DNA of 64,000 nucleotides from Acidimicrobiia bacterium (lineage in GTDB: Bacteria > Actinomycetota > Acidimicrobiia > Spongiisociales > ZC4RG35): positions 28,427 through 92,426 of the forward strand of contig CBDBCY010000001.1 of NCBI GenBank assembly GCA_965203555.1, read 5' to 3'. This document shows, piece after piece, positions 21,441 through 30,283 of the stretch (position 1 is its first letter; every line of letters begins with the position of its first letter). The position numbers and the translations under genes are program-made. A model generated the notes under the pieces. That model was not told the origin of the DNA. It made no database searches and worked only from the letters and a program-made list of their open reading frames with translations.

Positions 21441-21707
21441 TCAGAACAGCCAACCGAAACGACGCAGGCCAGGTTCGGAGTGGAACGCCATGTTCTCAAA
21501 CCTGTCCACAAACACCACCAGCGGATTTCCCGTGACATCATATCCGGCATAAACGATCACATTCAGCCTGTCCGACTCGCCCGTACCGCTCCCGCCTATA
21601 TCAGACAATCTCACAACTTGGTCGGGATACTGCAGCACCAACCTGACATCGTCAGGTGTAACCCCATACTTACAAGCCGACCGAGCTACGTATATTCGTT
21701 CCTTCAA
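21441..21707 (-). CDS. Small RelE/BrnT-like putative toxin
   Basis: SACKYGVTPDDV...GYDVTGNPLVVFVDR...FHS pattern, 88 aa. Confidence 0.55.
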   Translation of the reverse strand: MKERIYVARSACKYGVTPDDVRLVLQYPDQVVRLSDIGGSGTGESDRLNVIVYAGYDVTGNPLVVFVDRFENMAFHSEPGLRRFGWLF

Positions 21708-21716
21708 CTACCTCGG

Positions 21717-22073
21717 CTAGGCGGCAAGGTCAGCCAACAGCCGCTCCACTTCCCCTCTGCGGTGGCGGTCAATGAGCATCAAGAGCTGCTGGCGCTCCTC
21801 CGGCGGGCGACAAGCAATATCCCTCGCCGCCTTGGACGGGCTCAGACTGTTCAATACCCTGCGCCAGTCCTCATCGGTGTATCCGTCCGCTATAGCATCC
21901 GCCATCCGCCTTCCCAACTCCCACGCCCCAGAATCGGCAGGCTGCCAATTGCTGGGGTCTCGTCCCAATTCGGCGATACGCTCAATCTCTTCTTCAGGAT
22001 AACCCACCAGACGGAAAATGATACCAAACCCAGACTTCCAGTGGTCTGAAAATCTCCTCGTCAACTGCACCAT
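21717..22073 (-). CDS. Hypothetical protein, possible antitoxin of the downstream gene (start uncertain)
   Basis: Acidic/helical ORF ending 9 nt before the toxin-like gene. Confidence 0.4.
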   Translation of the reverse strand: MVQLTRRFSDHWKSGFGIIFRLVGYPEEEIERIAELGRDPSNWQPADSGAWELGRRMADAIADGYTDEDWRRVLNSLSPSKAARDIACRPPEERQQLLMLIDRHRRGEVERLLADLAA

Positions 22074-22978
22074 GGCGCCAGTTTCGAGATCCTCCTTCGA
22101 ACCGAGCCGATAGTCCCTCGTGTTCCTCCTCCCACAGGAATTGAGCTAAGCCACCGATGGGAAGCCAACCGTGTTGGGCCTGAACGCGTAACAGATCCCT
22201 ACTGAAAGCCGCCGACCTCCCCCGCAAACGTTAGGCGGCTCCCCGCGAAGAAGATGAGCAGCTCAAGCTCCCAAACGCAGCCTGTTTGGCCTGAGTAACG
22301 TCGACTCGCCAAACCGAAGGCTTCGGTAGGAGCACGAAGTGACGCCACATCCCCGAGTCCTGGGAGGATGTAGCCATCCGTAATCCTGGAAATCGGCTTC
22401 ATAGCATCGTTTCAAAATCCTGGAAATGAAGGCGCTCATGCTGAGGCCGCGGGTTTCGGCTGCCCGGCTCACCTGCTTCGCAGGCTGGTCGTCAAGCGAA
22501 ATTGTGGTCCTGATGATGCATCAATTAACAAGTTGTCATCACTGCAAACACTTGAACCCGTGGAACAGATCAGAACAGCCTACCGAAACGACGCAGGCCA
22601 GTTTTTCGGAATGGAAGCCATGTTCTCGAATCTGTCGGGAGCGGTTCGGTCTGGTTTTAGGACAGGAGTCGGGCGATGCGGGCGAGAAACCTCGCAGTGT
22701 CTTGGCCGCCCAACAGGTAACCCACCACAGCAACAATGCCGATAGCGATTATCCAGAAGAAGCGGCGGCGGCTCATCTCGGTCTTACCTAGCACCGACTG
22801 CGCCGAGGACGATCTTCACAGTTCCTACGACCCTCATGCGCTACTAACCAAGACTAACACTCTCCGTTTTTCCAGTGGTCTGGAAATCTCCTCGTCACCT
22901 GCATCATGGCGCCAGTTTCGAGAAACTCCTTCGACCGAGCCATGACCCTCGTGTTCCTCCCCCACAGGAATCGAACTA
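22036..22978. repeat. Diverged ~110-bp direct repeat (22036..22148 and 22870..22978)
   Basis: ttccagtggtctg...ggcgccagtttcgaga...cccacaggaat present in both. Confidence 0.8.
22657..22776 (-). CDS. 39-aa single-TM small protein MSRRRFFWIIAIGIVAVVGYLLGGQDTARFLARIARLLS
   Basis: Read from the - strand; basic N-terminus, TM segment, amphipathic tail. Confidence 0.5.
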   Translation of the reverse strand: MSRRRFFWIIAIGIVAVVGYLLGGQDTARFLARIARLLS

Positions 22979-23147
22979 CACCGCCGCTGCGAAGAATGCC
23001 ACCGGATGATGTGACCTTGCAGGCCGAAGACCAAGTCGAGTTGAAGATTTCGGGCGAGAATCCCCAAACCGGTGTACACGTTGCGACAACTCAACGAAGA
23101 CTTTTCCATGGTTCGACTGGTCCCAGCAGAGAATACAGACGCCACCA

Positions 23148-24380
23148 TCAGGAGGCCACTGACAACGTCGGATCCATCACTGGAACCGCACGGTCGGCTC
23201 GGTTGGCTATCCAGTCCGCCAACTTCTCAACCTCCGCTTCAACCTCGGCGGGCGAACCGGACAGGTCCACACCCCAGGTGTGCAGAACCTTGTCGGCATT
23301 GCGGACGGCGATCGAGCTCTGCCGGTCGGCGCCCGATTCGCGGCAATAGATCAGCACGCCCTCCGGCAGATCTAGAGCCGTGAGATAGGCGAGCAGCTGG
23401 TAGTAATCGGCGCTGATCGCATCTGCTTTGTCCCCCATGATTTTGTACTTGAGATCGCCCACGAAAGCGTTTTCGCCCCGCCGACGGAACACCAGGTCGG
23501 GACGAATGGGCACCTGCCCTCCCCGACCGAGGTGATCCCAATGCTGGGGCCTCACATCCAGGCGACCCCGGAGGGACCGCTGGAGCCGGTCGGTGACGAA
23601 CCGCTCGAAGAGAAAGTTCATGTCAACCATGAACGAGACAGCCTGAGTTTCACCCGGGTCGTCCGTCAGAGTGAGATTCTCCAACAGCAACCTGGCCAGG
23701 CGCAGGGTGGGTTCGTAGTGGGCGTTGAGCCGATTGAAGTCGATTCGATCCAGCAGTTCGGGCACTACGGCCGACGCGCTTACCTCTTCGAGGGTGATCC
23801 GCAGGCGGTGGAGCCGACGACGATCTTCGGGCAACACACCGGGGACCCGTAGAGACTTCAGGATGGCCGCTTTCAGATACCGGTTTTCCGCAATGTCGGC
23901 GGTGTATTCATCAAACCGGCAGGCGATCGGGTACACGATCCCGGCTCGGGTCATCTCGGCCGGGGTGTCGATCCGCCCTCGAATAGTTGACAGGCGATCG
24001 CGTTCCTCTCGGTAGTGCCGGTAGACGCCCCTGCGCAGGGATAGGTCGGCTGAGCGGGTGAAGAAGGAAACAACTGCCGGGAGCAGATTCTGGTTCAGGT
24101 CATACTGGGTGGCAGCCTTCATCCAGTCCTGCTCCCTCAGGCCCACCCCCAAGAGCAGGAACAGGTTTTCGAGCCGGATCTTCGGCTTGATGTAGATCCG
24201 CAGGTCCTCCACCACCAGCGTGCCGACGTAGTGGCCGGCGGTGACCTCCCACCATCCCGGTTCGGGATCAGGAGCTACTTTCGTATGGCGGCCGGCAACG
24301 AGCCGCATTGCCACCGACCGGGACAACCGGAAACGACGAGTCTGAAACTCAGTCAGCCTCAGGGTCTCGGTCTTCATCAA
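23148..24380 (-). CDS. mcrC: McrC-family restriction subunit
   Basis: HYVG, DMNFLFERFV, IRPDL, DLKYK, DYYQLLAY. Confidence 0.93.
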   Translation of the reverse strand: MMKTETLRLTEFQTRRFRLSRSVAMRLVAGRHTKVAPDPEPGWWEVTAGHYVGTLVVEDLRIYIKPKIRLENLFLLLGVGLREQDWMKAATQYDLNQNLLPAVVSFFTRSADLSLRRGVYRHYREERDRLSTIRGRIDTPAEMTRAGIVYPIACRFDEYTADIAENRYLKAAILKSLRVPGVLPEDRRRLHRLRITLEEVSASAVVPELLDRIDFNRLNAHYEPTLRLARLLLENLTLTDDPGETQAVSFMVDMNFLFERFVTDRLQRSLRGRLDVRPQHWDHLGRGGQVPIRPDLVFRRRGENAFVGDLKYKIMGDKADAISADYYQLLAYLTALDLPEGVLIYCRESGADRQSSIAVRNADKVLHTWGVDLSGSPAEVEAEVEKLADWIANRADRAVPVMDPTLSVAS

Positions 24381-26205
24381 ACTGGGAATCTGCGGGCGAG
24401 GCGTCCGGCGGCGAGGTGGTGGTCACATAAGGTTTGCTCACTTCTTCCCAACGGAACTCCCTGACCCGATCCGGATCGTCGAAAAACTGCTCCTCGATGA
24501 ACGGCTCCACCGTGTATCGCCACACCATCTCCAGCCTGCCGGTCCTGTGGTCACTGATACCCGGCTTCATAAAGTGGCTGTGCCCCAGCTGCAGGTGCGG
24601 CCCGCCCAACAGCTCAGAGAGTTTTCCGTTCACCTTCGCCACCAACTCCCCCACCCACTGCTTCTCGCCGTTGGCTCTGAGCCAGCGTTCCAACAGCCCC
24701 TCCATGGGACCCTGGTGGGGAAAGAACGGCACAAAGTGGAAACGCCGACGCAGAGCGGCGTCAATCAGGGCAATTGATCGGTCTGCGGTATTCATGGTCC
24801 CGATAAACCACAGATTGGGACACAACCCGAAAGGCTCGGCAGGCCGATAGAGCGGCAGCACCGTGTCATCCCGGTATTCCAGCAGGAACAACAACTCGCC
24901 CAGCACTTTCGGAAGATTGGCCCGGTTGATCTCGTCAATGATCATGACATGCCGATCATCGGGGTTCCGCGCCGCCCGCCGGGCGATCCTGCGCAGGGGG
25001 CCGGAAGTCAGCTTGTAGGTCATAGCGCCACCGTCACCGGTTTGCGGCCGATATCCCTCGAAGAAGTCCTCGTAGGACATTGAGGGATGAAACTGTACCA
25101 ACGCCCGCCGAGAGTCATCCGCCGCCAAACACTCAGCGAGCCTCTTGGCCAGAAACGTCTTCCCGGTCCCCGGCGGGCCGTAGAAGATCACCTGGCTCTT
25201 GTCCTCCAACAATCCGACGATTTCCTTCAAGAATCCCCTGTCAACAAACAGATCCTCAGCCAACTGATCTATTGTGTCGTCCAGTGGGGGATCCGTCGGG
25301 CCATTCCCATTCGGCGGACTGGTTACACCGCTATAGAGATCCATCCACTTGTCCAAAGCCGGACGAAGTTGGGGGACAACGGTCTGCAACTCCGATCGCA
25401 GATCCAAATCGGTCAATTCTTCTTTGTCATACCATTTCCCATAGACAAAGCTCCCCATCCGGCCATAAAGATTGTGATCCTGACCGAATTTGCCACCACT
25501 GACATTGATCACCTCGAAGTCGTCAGGCTTCTCCCACTCCGACATGGATTCGATTATCTCGCGGTACCACCTTTTTTCCGTGCCTTTGCCTCCGTATCGA
25601 TCGGGTGGGCCAATGCCTGGACGCAGACATATGGTCGCCCCGAGGTTATTGATCAATAGCTGCAGTGCCCCCCCATACTGTTCCGGCACGGGCCATTGAA
25701 CCTGCAAGTGCCAAGGGCGCTGCCCACGCTTGGGGATCTCAAGTGTCACTTTCCGCTCCAGAAGCACCGCTACCACTCCCCAGAGCGTATGGCCTATATG
25801 CTGCGCGACGCTGTTCAAAGCCCGAGCATTGGCCCTCCGTGCCGCCTCTGATTCGGGATCCCACTTTCTGCTTGATTCGTCCCAAAAGCCCAACCTGAAC
25901 TCAAAACGCTCAACGAGCACGGGATCAAGCAGGATCGGGTTGTGCTTCTCCCACCAACTGGCTACCTGTTCAAACCGCTCATGGTTTTCGTCTATGTCTC
26001 GAATTTGATTCAAATAGGCCTCGGAACGTTCGGAGGGATCACCTGGCAAGTCTCGTCCAGTTATGAATTCGAAAAACTTGGCAACGCTGCGCCATTGAGT
26101 TTGAGCTTCAACCGCTTCCCGATCGAGCTCGAAACGACGCAGATGCGCTTTGTACCACGGGCGACGGAAATCCTGCTCCTGTCGTTCGTAGGTTCTATCA
26201 GCCAT
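24349..26205 (-). CDS. mcrB: McrB-family AAA+ GTPase with uncharacterised N-terminal domain
   Basis: GPPGTGKT, VQFHPSMSYEDFFEG, IIDEINRAN, GTMNTADRSIA, ALRRRF. Confidence 0.93.
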   Translation of the reverse strand: MADRTYERQEQDFRRPWYKAHLRRFELDREAVEAQTQWRSVAKFFEFITGRDLPGDPSERSEAYLNQIRDIDENHERFEQVASWWEKHNPILLDPVLVERFEFRLGFWDESSRKWDPESEAARRANARALNSVAQHIGHTLWGVVAVLLERKVTLEIPKRGQRPWHLQVQWPVPEQYGGALQLLINNLGATICLRPGIGPPDRYGGKGTEKRWYREIIESMSEWEKPDDFEVINVSGGKFGQDHNLYGRMGSFVYGKWYDKEELTDLDLRSELQTVVPQLRPALDKWMDLYSGVTSPPNGNGPTDPPLDDTIDQLAEDLFVDRGFLKEIVGLLEDKSQVIFYGPPGTGKTFLAKRLAECLAADDSRRALVQFHPSMSYEDFFEGYRPQTGDGGAMTYKLTSGPLRRIARRAARNPDDRHVMIIDEINRANLPKVLGELLFLLEYRDDTVLPLYRPAEPFGLCPNLWFIGTMNTADRSIALIDAALRRRFHFVPFFPHQGPMEGLLERWLRANGEKQWVGELVAKVNGKLSELLGGPHLQLGHSHFMKPGISDHRTGRLEMVWRYTVEPFIEEQFFDDPDRVREFRWEEVSKPYVTTTSPPDASPADSQFDEDRDPEAD

Positions 26206-26231
26206 GAATGACCAAAGATAGCGAAAGGAGG

Positions 26232-26517
26232 ATGACACAGGCCCCACCCTGGGGCGCAGGCTCTTCCGATCTTGCTGTTGCTTTGGAAGCGGCCCAGGCG
26301 GAGGCTGAGGTGGTGGCGGTTGGGCTGGGCCGGGCTACCGATGTCTTTTTCAAAGGTGATTCCAACCCGGGTACGGAAGTGGACCACCGGTCTGAGCGAG
26401 CGGTTCTTGAGGTGATTTCCCGGCACACCCAGACGACCCCATGGTGAGAGAAGAGGGGAGGCAAACCTCGGCAAGCTCTAATGGAGGGCGCGTGTGGTTG
26501 GTCGAATCCCATAGACC
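26232..26517 (+). pseudogene. Diverged 5' fragment of the inositol monophosphatase gene
   Basis: SDLAVALEAAQA.AEVV...DVFFKGD...DHRSE, then RVWLV.PID in a shifted frame; homologous to 30284.. Confidence 0.8.
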
Positions 26518-26580
26518 GCGACGCTGTGGTATACGTTTTGGTAGTCGATGAAGACCACTACCTGTTTTACTACCAAGTCT
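26518..26580 (-). pseudogene. N-terminal fragment of a NYN-domain (PIN-like) gene
   Basis: VVVFIDYQNVY motif; sequence abuts the IMPase fragment. Confidence 0.5.
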
Positions 26581-26591
26581 TCCAAAAAAAG

Positions 26592-27163
26592 GGGATTTAT
26601 ATACCTAAGTGGCGAAAACCGCCGTGAGCCAAAAGATAAGTCAGTGCTCGCCGCGGTTTTCCAGGTATCGCCAGTCCCTCTTGGGAGGCGCGGAGAGAAC
26701 GGCACGAGCGATGTTCTCCGGCGTATCAGGGACCGGCGGAGGAAGCGGCTTCTCCACCGGATGGCCGCGGGGGCGCTTGGGTCAGGGTTTACTCGCAGCC
26801 GTCATGCGCCCTTCTTGGTGTTCGCCGAGAAGGCATCAGGACAATATGCTCACGATAGCAACGATGCTAGCCAGGTGATACCCCGCCATCCACATAAGCA
26901 TCCGATTGAGTTCACGTCTGAACTCTGCCGTCACGCCCTTAGCGCTGGCGTCGATCTTGGCGTCCACCATCACTATCCTGCTTTACTGACGCGGCGATCC
27001 TGTCGGGTTGCTCGCTGAATACAAGAGCCTGTGAACGGCGGAGGGTAGCAACCTCGAACTTCCCTGGGCCCTTGCCCATTCTCTCCATATATTGAAGAAT
27101 AGTGGCGGCCTGTGACACTTTTGGTCAGAGGCCGGCTTCCCGCCACTTAGGTATATAAATCCC
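26592..27163. mobile_element. 572-bp non-autonomous element (MITE), IS1595-family-like
   Basis: Perfect 23-bp TIR GGGATTTATATACCTAAGTGGCG (26592..26614 / 27141..27163); 8-bp TSD AAAAAAAG (26584..26591 / 27164..27171); no transposase. Confidence 0.85.
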
Positions 27164-27210
27164 AAAAAAAGGCCCCGCCAGTGCGAACCCGGAGGTCCGG
27201 ACGGCGGGGA
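27164..27210 (-). terminator. Intrinsic terminator on the - strand; its U-tract is the MITE target
   Basis: CCCCGCC...GGCGGGG hairpin followed by CCTTTTTTT. Confidence 0.6.
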
Positions 27211-27260
27211 GATTTCGTAAAAGAGTATAAACCCTGCCGTCGGAAGATTACAGGTCTCAA

Positions 27261-27535
27261 CCATACCTGTCTCTTGCTCGGTGGCCTACCAAGTGTCCAC
27301 AGGGTTGGAGGGTCCCCTCAATGGTTGGGGTTAGCATCACCATAGGCGATGAACTTTAGCGAAGGGGGTGTGACAAGAGCCCCGCCACGGCTTTCCGATT
27401 TGGAGGTGGGTTTGGCGGCGGCTCAGGCGGGGGCCGAAGTGGTGGTAGCGGCATTGATCAGCCGACGGACGCCTTTTTCAAAGGGGACTCCGACCCGGTT
27501 ACGGAAGTGGATCACCAATCCGAGCGAGCGATTCT
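27261..27535 (+). repeat. Near-identical copy of the IMPase upstream region and 5' end (matches 30175..~30450), truncated at the IS1-like end
   Basis: Direct comparison; both translate MNFSEGGVTRAPPRLSDLEVGLAAAQAGAEVVVAAL. Confidence 0.92.
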
Positions 27536-27536
27536 C

Positions 27537-28313
27537 GGTAGTGGTTCAGTTTGAATCTACCACCCGAGTGACGATGTCGGCGTGAGTCCATCGATGATCC
27601 GCTACCCCCGCGACCATTGCGGGGGTTTTGCCCTTTAGCGTTTGGTGGGGGCGGGCGAAGTTGTAGTTCATGAAATACAGACTCATGCTGTAGGCGTGGT
27701 TGACGAGCTTCTTGGAGAAGGGGCTGGTGGCTCGGGCGTAGCGGCGGTTGCTCATCCGCAGGGTGAGATTCTTCCGTTCCACATATGAGGTGCGGGCGGT
27801 GGTGGCTTTGGGGTATTTGCGTTTGAGGATGCGATGTTCGACCATGCCGTCATCGAACGCGTTGTCGATGACGTCTAGGTAGGCGTCCAGTCCGTCGCTG
27901 GTTATTTCGATGGGGTGTGCGACGCGGGATGCGAGGTCTTTCATGAACGGCAAGCCGCTGTCGTTGGTGCGGTCTCCGATCCACCAGGCGGGGACTAGTT
28001 TGCTGTCGTTGCAGATCGCTACCCAGGTCCACACATCGCCGGCTTCGGGGGTGTCGGTCTGGGTTTTCTTTTTGGCGTAGACGAAGCTCCAGATTTCGTC
28101 TACTTGGAAGCGGCGGCATTCCAGATTGCGGATGGTCTGGTCTTGGTAGGCGGCACAAGCGATACCGGCGTCGCGCAAGAGCTTGAAGACGGTGTTCTTG
28201 GCGCATCCCGCGATTCGGGTGGTGGCGTTGATGCCCATGCCCTCGGTGAGCAGTTGGAGAATAAGAGCCCGTTTCTCGGTTGACAGCCTGTTCACTATGT
28301 GAACCATACTACC
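27537..28313 (-). mobile_element. IS1-family (single-ORF, ISMhu11-like) element
   Basis: Ends GGTAGTGGTTCA / GGTAGTATGGTTCA; no TSD seen, so the true left end may lie further out. Confidence 0.65.
27546..28307 (-). CDS. IS1-family DDE transposase
   Basis: N-terminal HTH; QVDEIWSFV, ITSDG, YVERKNLTLR, YNFARPH, TPAM. Confidence 0.9.
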   Translation of the reverse strand: MVHIVNRLSTEKRALILQLLTEGMGINATTRIAGCAKNTVFKLLRDAGIACAAYQDQTIRNLECRRFQVDEIWSFVYAKKKTQTDTPEAGDVWTWVAICNDSKLVPAWWIGDRTNDSGLPFMKDLASRVAHPIEITSDGLDAYLDVIDNAFDDGMVEHRILKRKYPKATTARTSYVERKNLTLRMSNRRYARATSPFSKKLVNHAYSMSLYFMNYNFARPHQTLKGKTPAMVAGVADHRWTHADIVTRVVDSN

Positions 28314-28476
28314 AAAGGGGGTGTGACAACCGTTAGGATTGAGTCCGGGGCCTCTGTCTAACCCTCAAAGCCTTCGACCGCTAAGTGGCAGAGGCCCCTT
28401 TCTCGTGCGACGGATTCGGCGGCGGAGCCGATTCCTACTCCCCGGCCCGCCGACCGGGGAATTCTATGTTGTGAGT

Positions 28477-28695
28477 CTAATTGGCGGTTGCCCAACGTTT
28501 GCGGGCGCCTTTGCGTCCGTTGGCGATTCGCTGTTCCATCGGAACAGCCTCATTCCGAGCCAACCCAGACAACTCGCGGCCCATCGGCGGAAGCGCATCG
28601 ATCTCCTCCTGAGTGATCTGCCCAGTTGCCAGATCACCTATGAACTTGGCCCGTTGGGTGACATCACTAGGGCGGCGAGGCAATTTACCAGCCAT
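28477..28695 (-). CDS. Small basic protein of the kind found beside IS1/IS1595-type transposases
   Basis: RRPSDVTQRAK.IGDLATG...GLAR...R....RKGARKRW. Confidence 0.6.
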   Translation of the reverse strand: MAGKLPRRPSDVTQRAKFIGDLATGQITQEEIDALPPMGRELSGLARNEAVPMEQRIANGRKGARKRWATAN

Positions 28696-28945
28696 ACGCG
28701 CCGATCCTAGTGGAATGCGTGTCTGTGATGGTCATGGCTATGACTATAGCAACCTGCAAGGGACATGGGTTTAGGGTTGTGGGTGATTCGTGTGGATCAG
28801 CGAGCATCCTTTGTCGGGTTGCTCGCTGAATACCATAGCCCCCGCCACGAGGTTGGGAGTAGCTACCCAACCTTGGGACGAATAGGAGAGACCTCACGCG
28901 CTTCGCGTTGATCCACACGACGACCCGACGCGAAAAGACACTCCG

Positions 28946-29407
28946 ATGGCCACTCCTCCACAGTGCCGCGACTGCGGAACGCTTGTGTCACGATCCGCGA
29001 AAGCCTTCCCCACTTGCGACACCGACGATCCCAGCACCAGCAGGGGACTCCGAGGATGCATGCTCACCTTCCAAGCCATCGTAGGCATCGCCGTGGTCTG
29101 TGGGTGCTGTCCGTTTGCGGCGAGATTGACCTGCCCGACTTCGACACCTCGACCAACACCACCCGCGCCGCCAGAACAACCAGAGCGCCGACCACTACCG
29201 TCGCTGTCGAAACAGACGCAGAATACTTGGATGCAACATTTGAACTGGCGCTGGCAACATTCGAGGTTAACCCGCTCTACCCCGTCGAGGCTGCCAAAGA
29301 ACTGGCGTTGGCAGTCTGCGCCGAAGTTGGCTTATGGATCGACCCGTAGTGAAATCGAAGAACAAGTAGCGTGGCTGGCCGTGGAACAGGGTGCCCCTGA
29401 GGAGTAG
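28946..29407 (+). pseudogene. Frameshifted zinc-ribbon/TM protein with a T-rich linker
   Basis: CRDCG...AKA.P.C, TM segment, then TTRAPTTTVAV in another frame with an internal stop. Confidence 0.5.
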
Positions 29408-29447
29408 GCTTGGCGGCGGGGGTGATCGGCGGATTTGGGAGGCCCGG

Positions 29448-29700
29448 TCACAGCTTGAACAGGCGCTCGTACTTCCTTTCGAACCCTTGGGCGTGGAAAA
29501 CCGTTTCGGTCTCCATGTCCACCAGGATCACGATAGGGATGCCCCGTGAAGTGAAACCCCCCACTGCCATGACGCCTTCCCGAGGAAAGTCGGATGCTCT
29601 TGCCTACCAATGAAAAAGCGCCCACACGACTTCCTCCTCCGAGAATCTCTTGAGTGCAGAGTCGAGGACCGTATAGAACAGATCAGGAGGAGGAGACTGC
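29448..29700 (-). pseudogene. Decayed RelE/BrnT-like toxin (homolog of 21441..21707)
   Basis: SALKRFSEEEVVWAL, stop and frameshift, then GFTSRGIPIVILVDMETETVFHAQ...KYERLF. Confidence 0.5.
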
Positions 29701-29982
29701 CGGCTCTCCGAACTCCTCGGCCATAGCCGTGGGGAGTCGGGACAGAATATCGGAGCGCCGGTCCCCTGCCAGCAGGCCGAGAACCCGGACAGCGAAGTCC
29801 GGCGTCCCGTTTGAAACGAGTCTGGCCTGTGTCTCGGGGGCGCATTGGAGAAAGGCCCGCTCCGCCACTCTGTCCAGTCGGACATGCTCCTCAGGAGTGG
29901 GCGGCCGGCCGGGCACATCCTCAAAGGTCACATTGGGGTCCTCGGAGAGGGCGATTATCTCCTCATGATCAAGCCTGGGCAT
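29683..29982 (-). CDS. Hypothetical protein, possible antitoxin
   Basis: MPRLDHEEIIALSEDP... directly upstream of the toxin relic. Confidence 0.4.
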   Translation of the reverse strand: MPRLDHEEIIALSEDPNVTFEDVPGRPPTPEEHVRLDRVAERAFLQCAPETQARLVSNGTPDFAVRVLGLLAGDRRSDILSRLPTAMAEEFGEPAVSSS

Positions 29983-30283
29983 ACGGATAAGCCTACACGG
30001 CCTCGGTTCGTTCGGCTGGCCGCTGGCGGGGGAGGTCGGCCGTACCTCCCCCGCCGTCGTTAGATGGCCACCATTCGCCCTCGGCGGAATCTGCGGCTCG
30101 GACCTCGCCGATGACCCGATCATTCCGGCGCAAAGCCTCGCAGTCATACAGCGCCTGCATGAAGTTCCCGAATTCCATACTTGTCTCTTGCTCGGTGGTC
30201 GGCCAAGTGTCCACAGGGTTAGAGGGTCCCCTCAATGGTTGGGGTTAGCATCACCATAGGCGATGAACTTTAGCGAAGGGGGT

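Larger units (their letters stand above)
21070..22636. repeat. Diverged ~440-bp direct repeat (21070..21506 and 22194..22636) containing a decayed RHH/VapB-like antitoxin on the - strand
   Basis: Direct comparison; - strand reads RTTISLDDQ.AKQVSRAAETRGLSMSAFISR. Confidence 0.85.
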
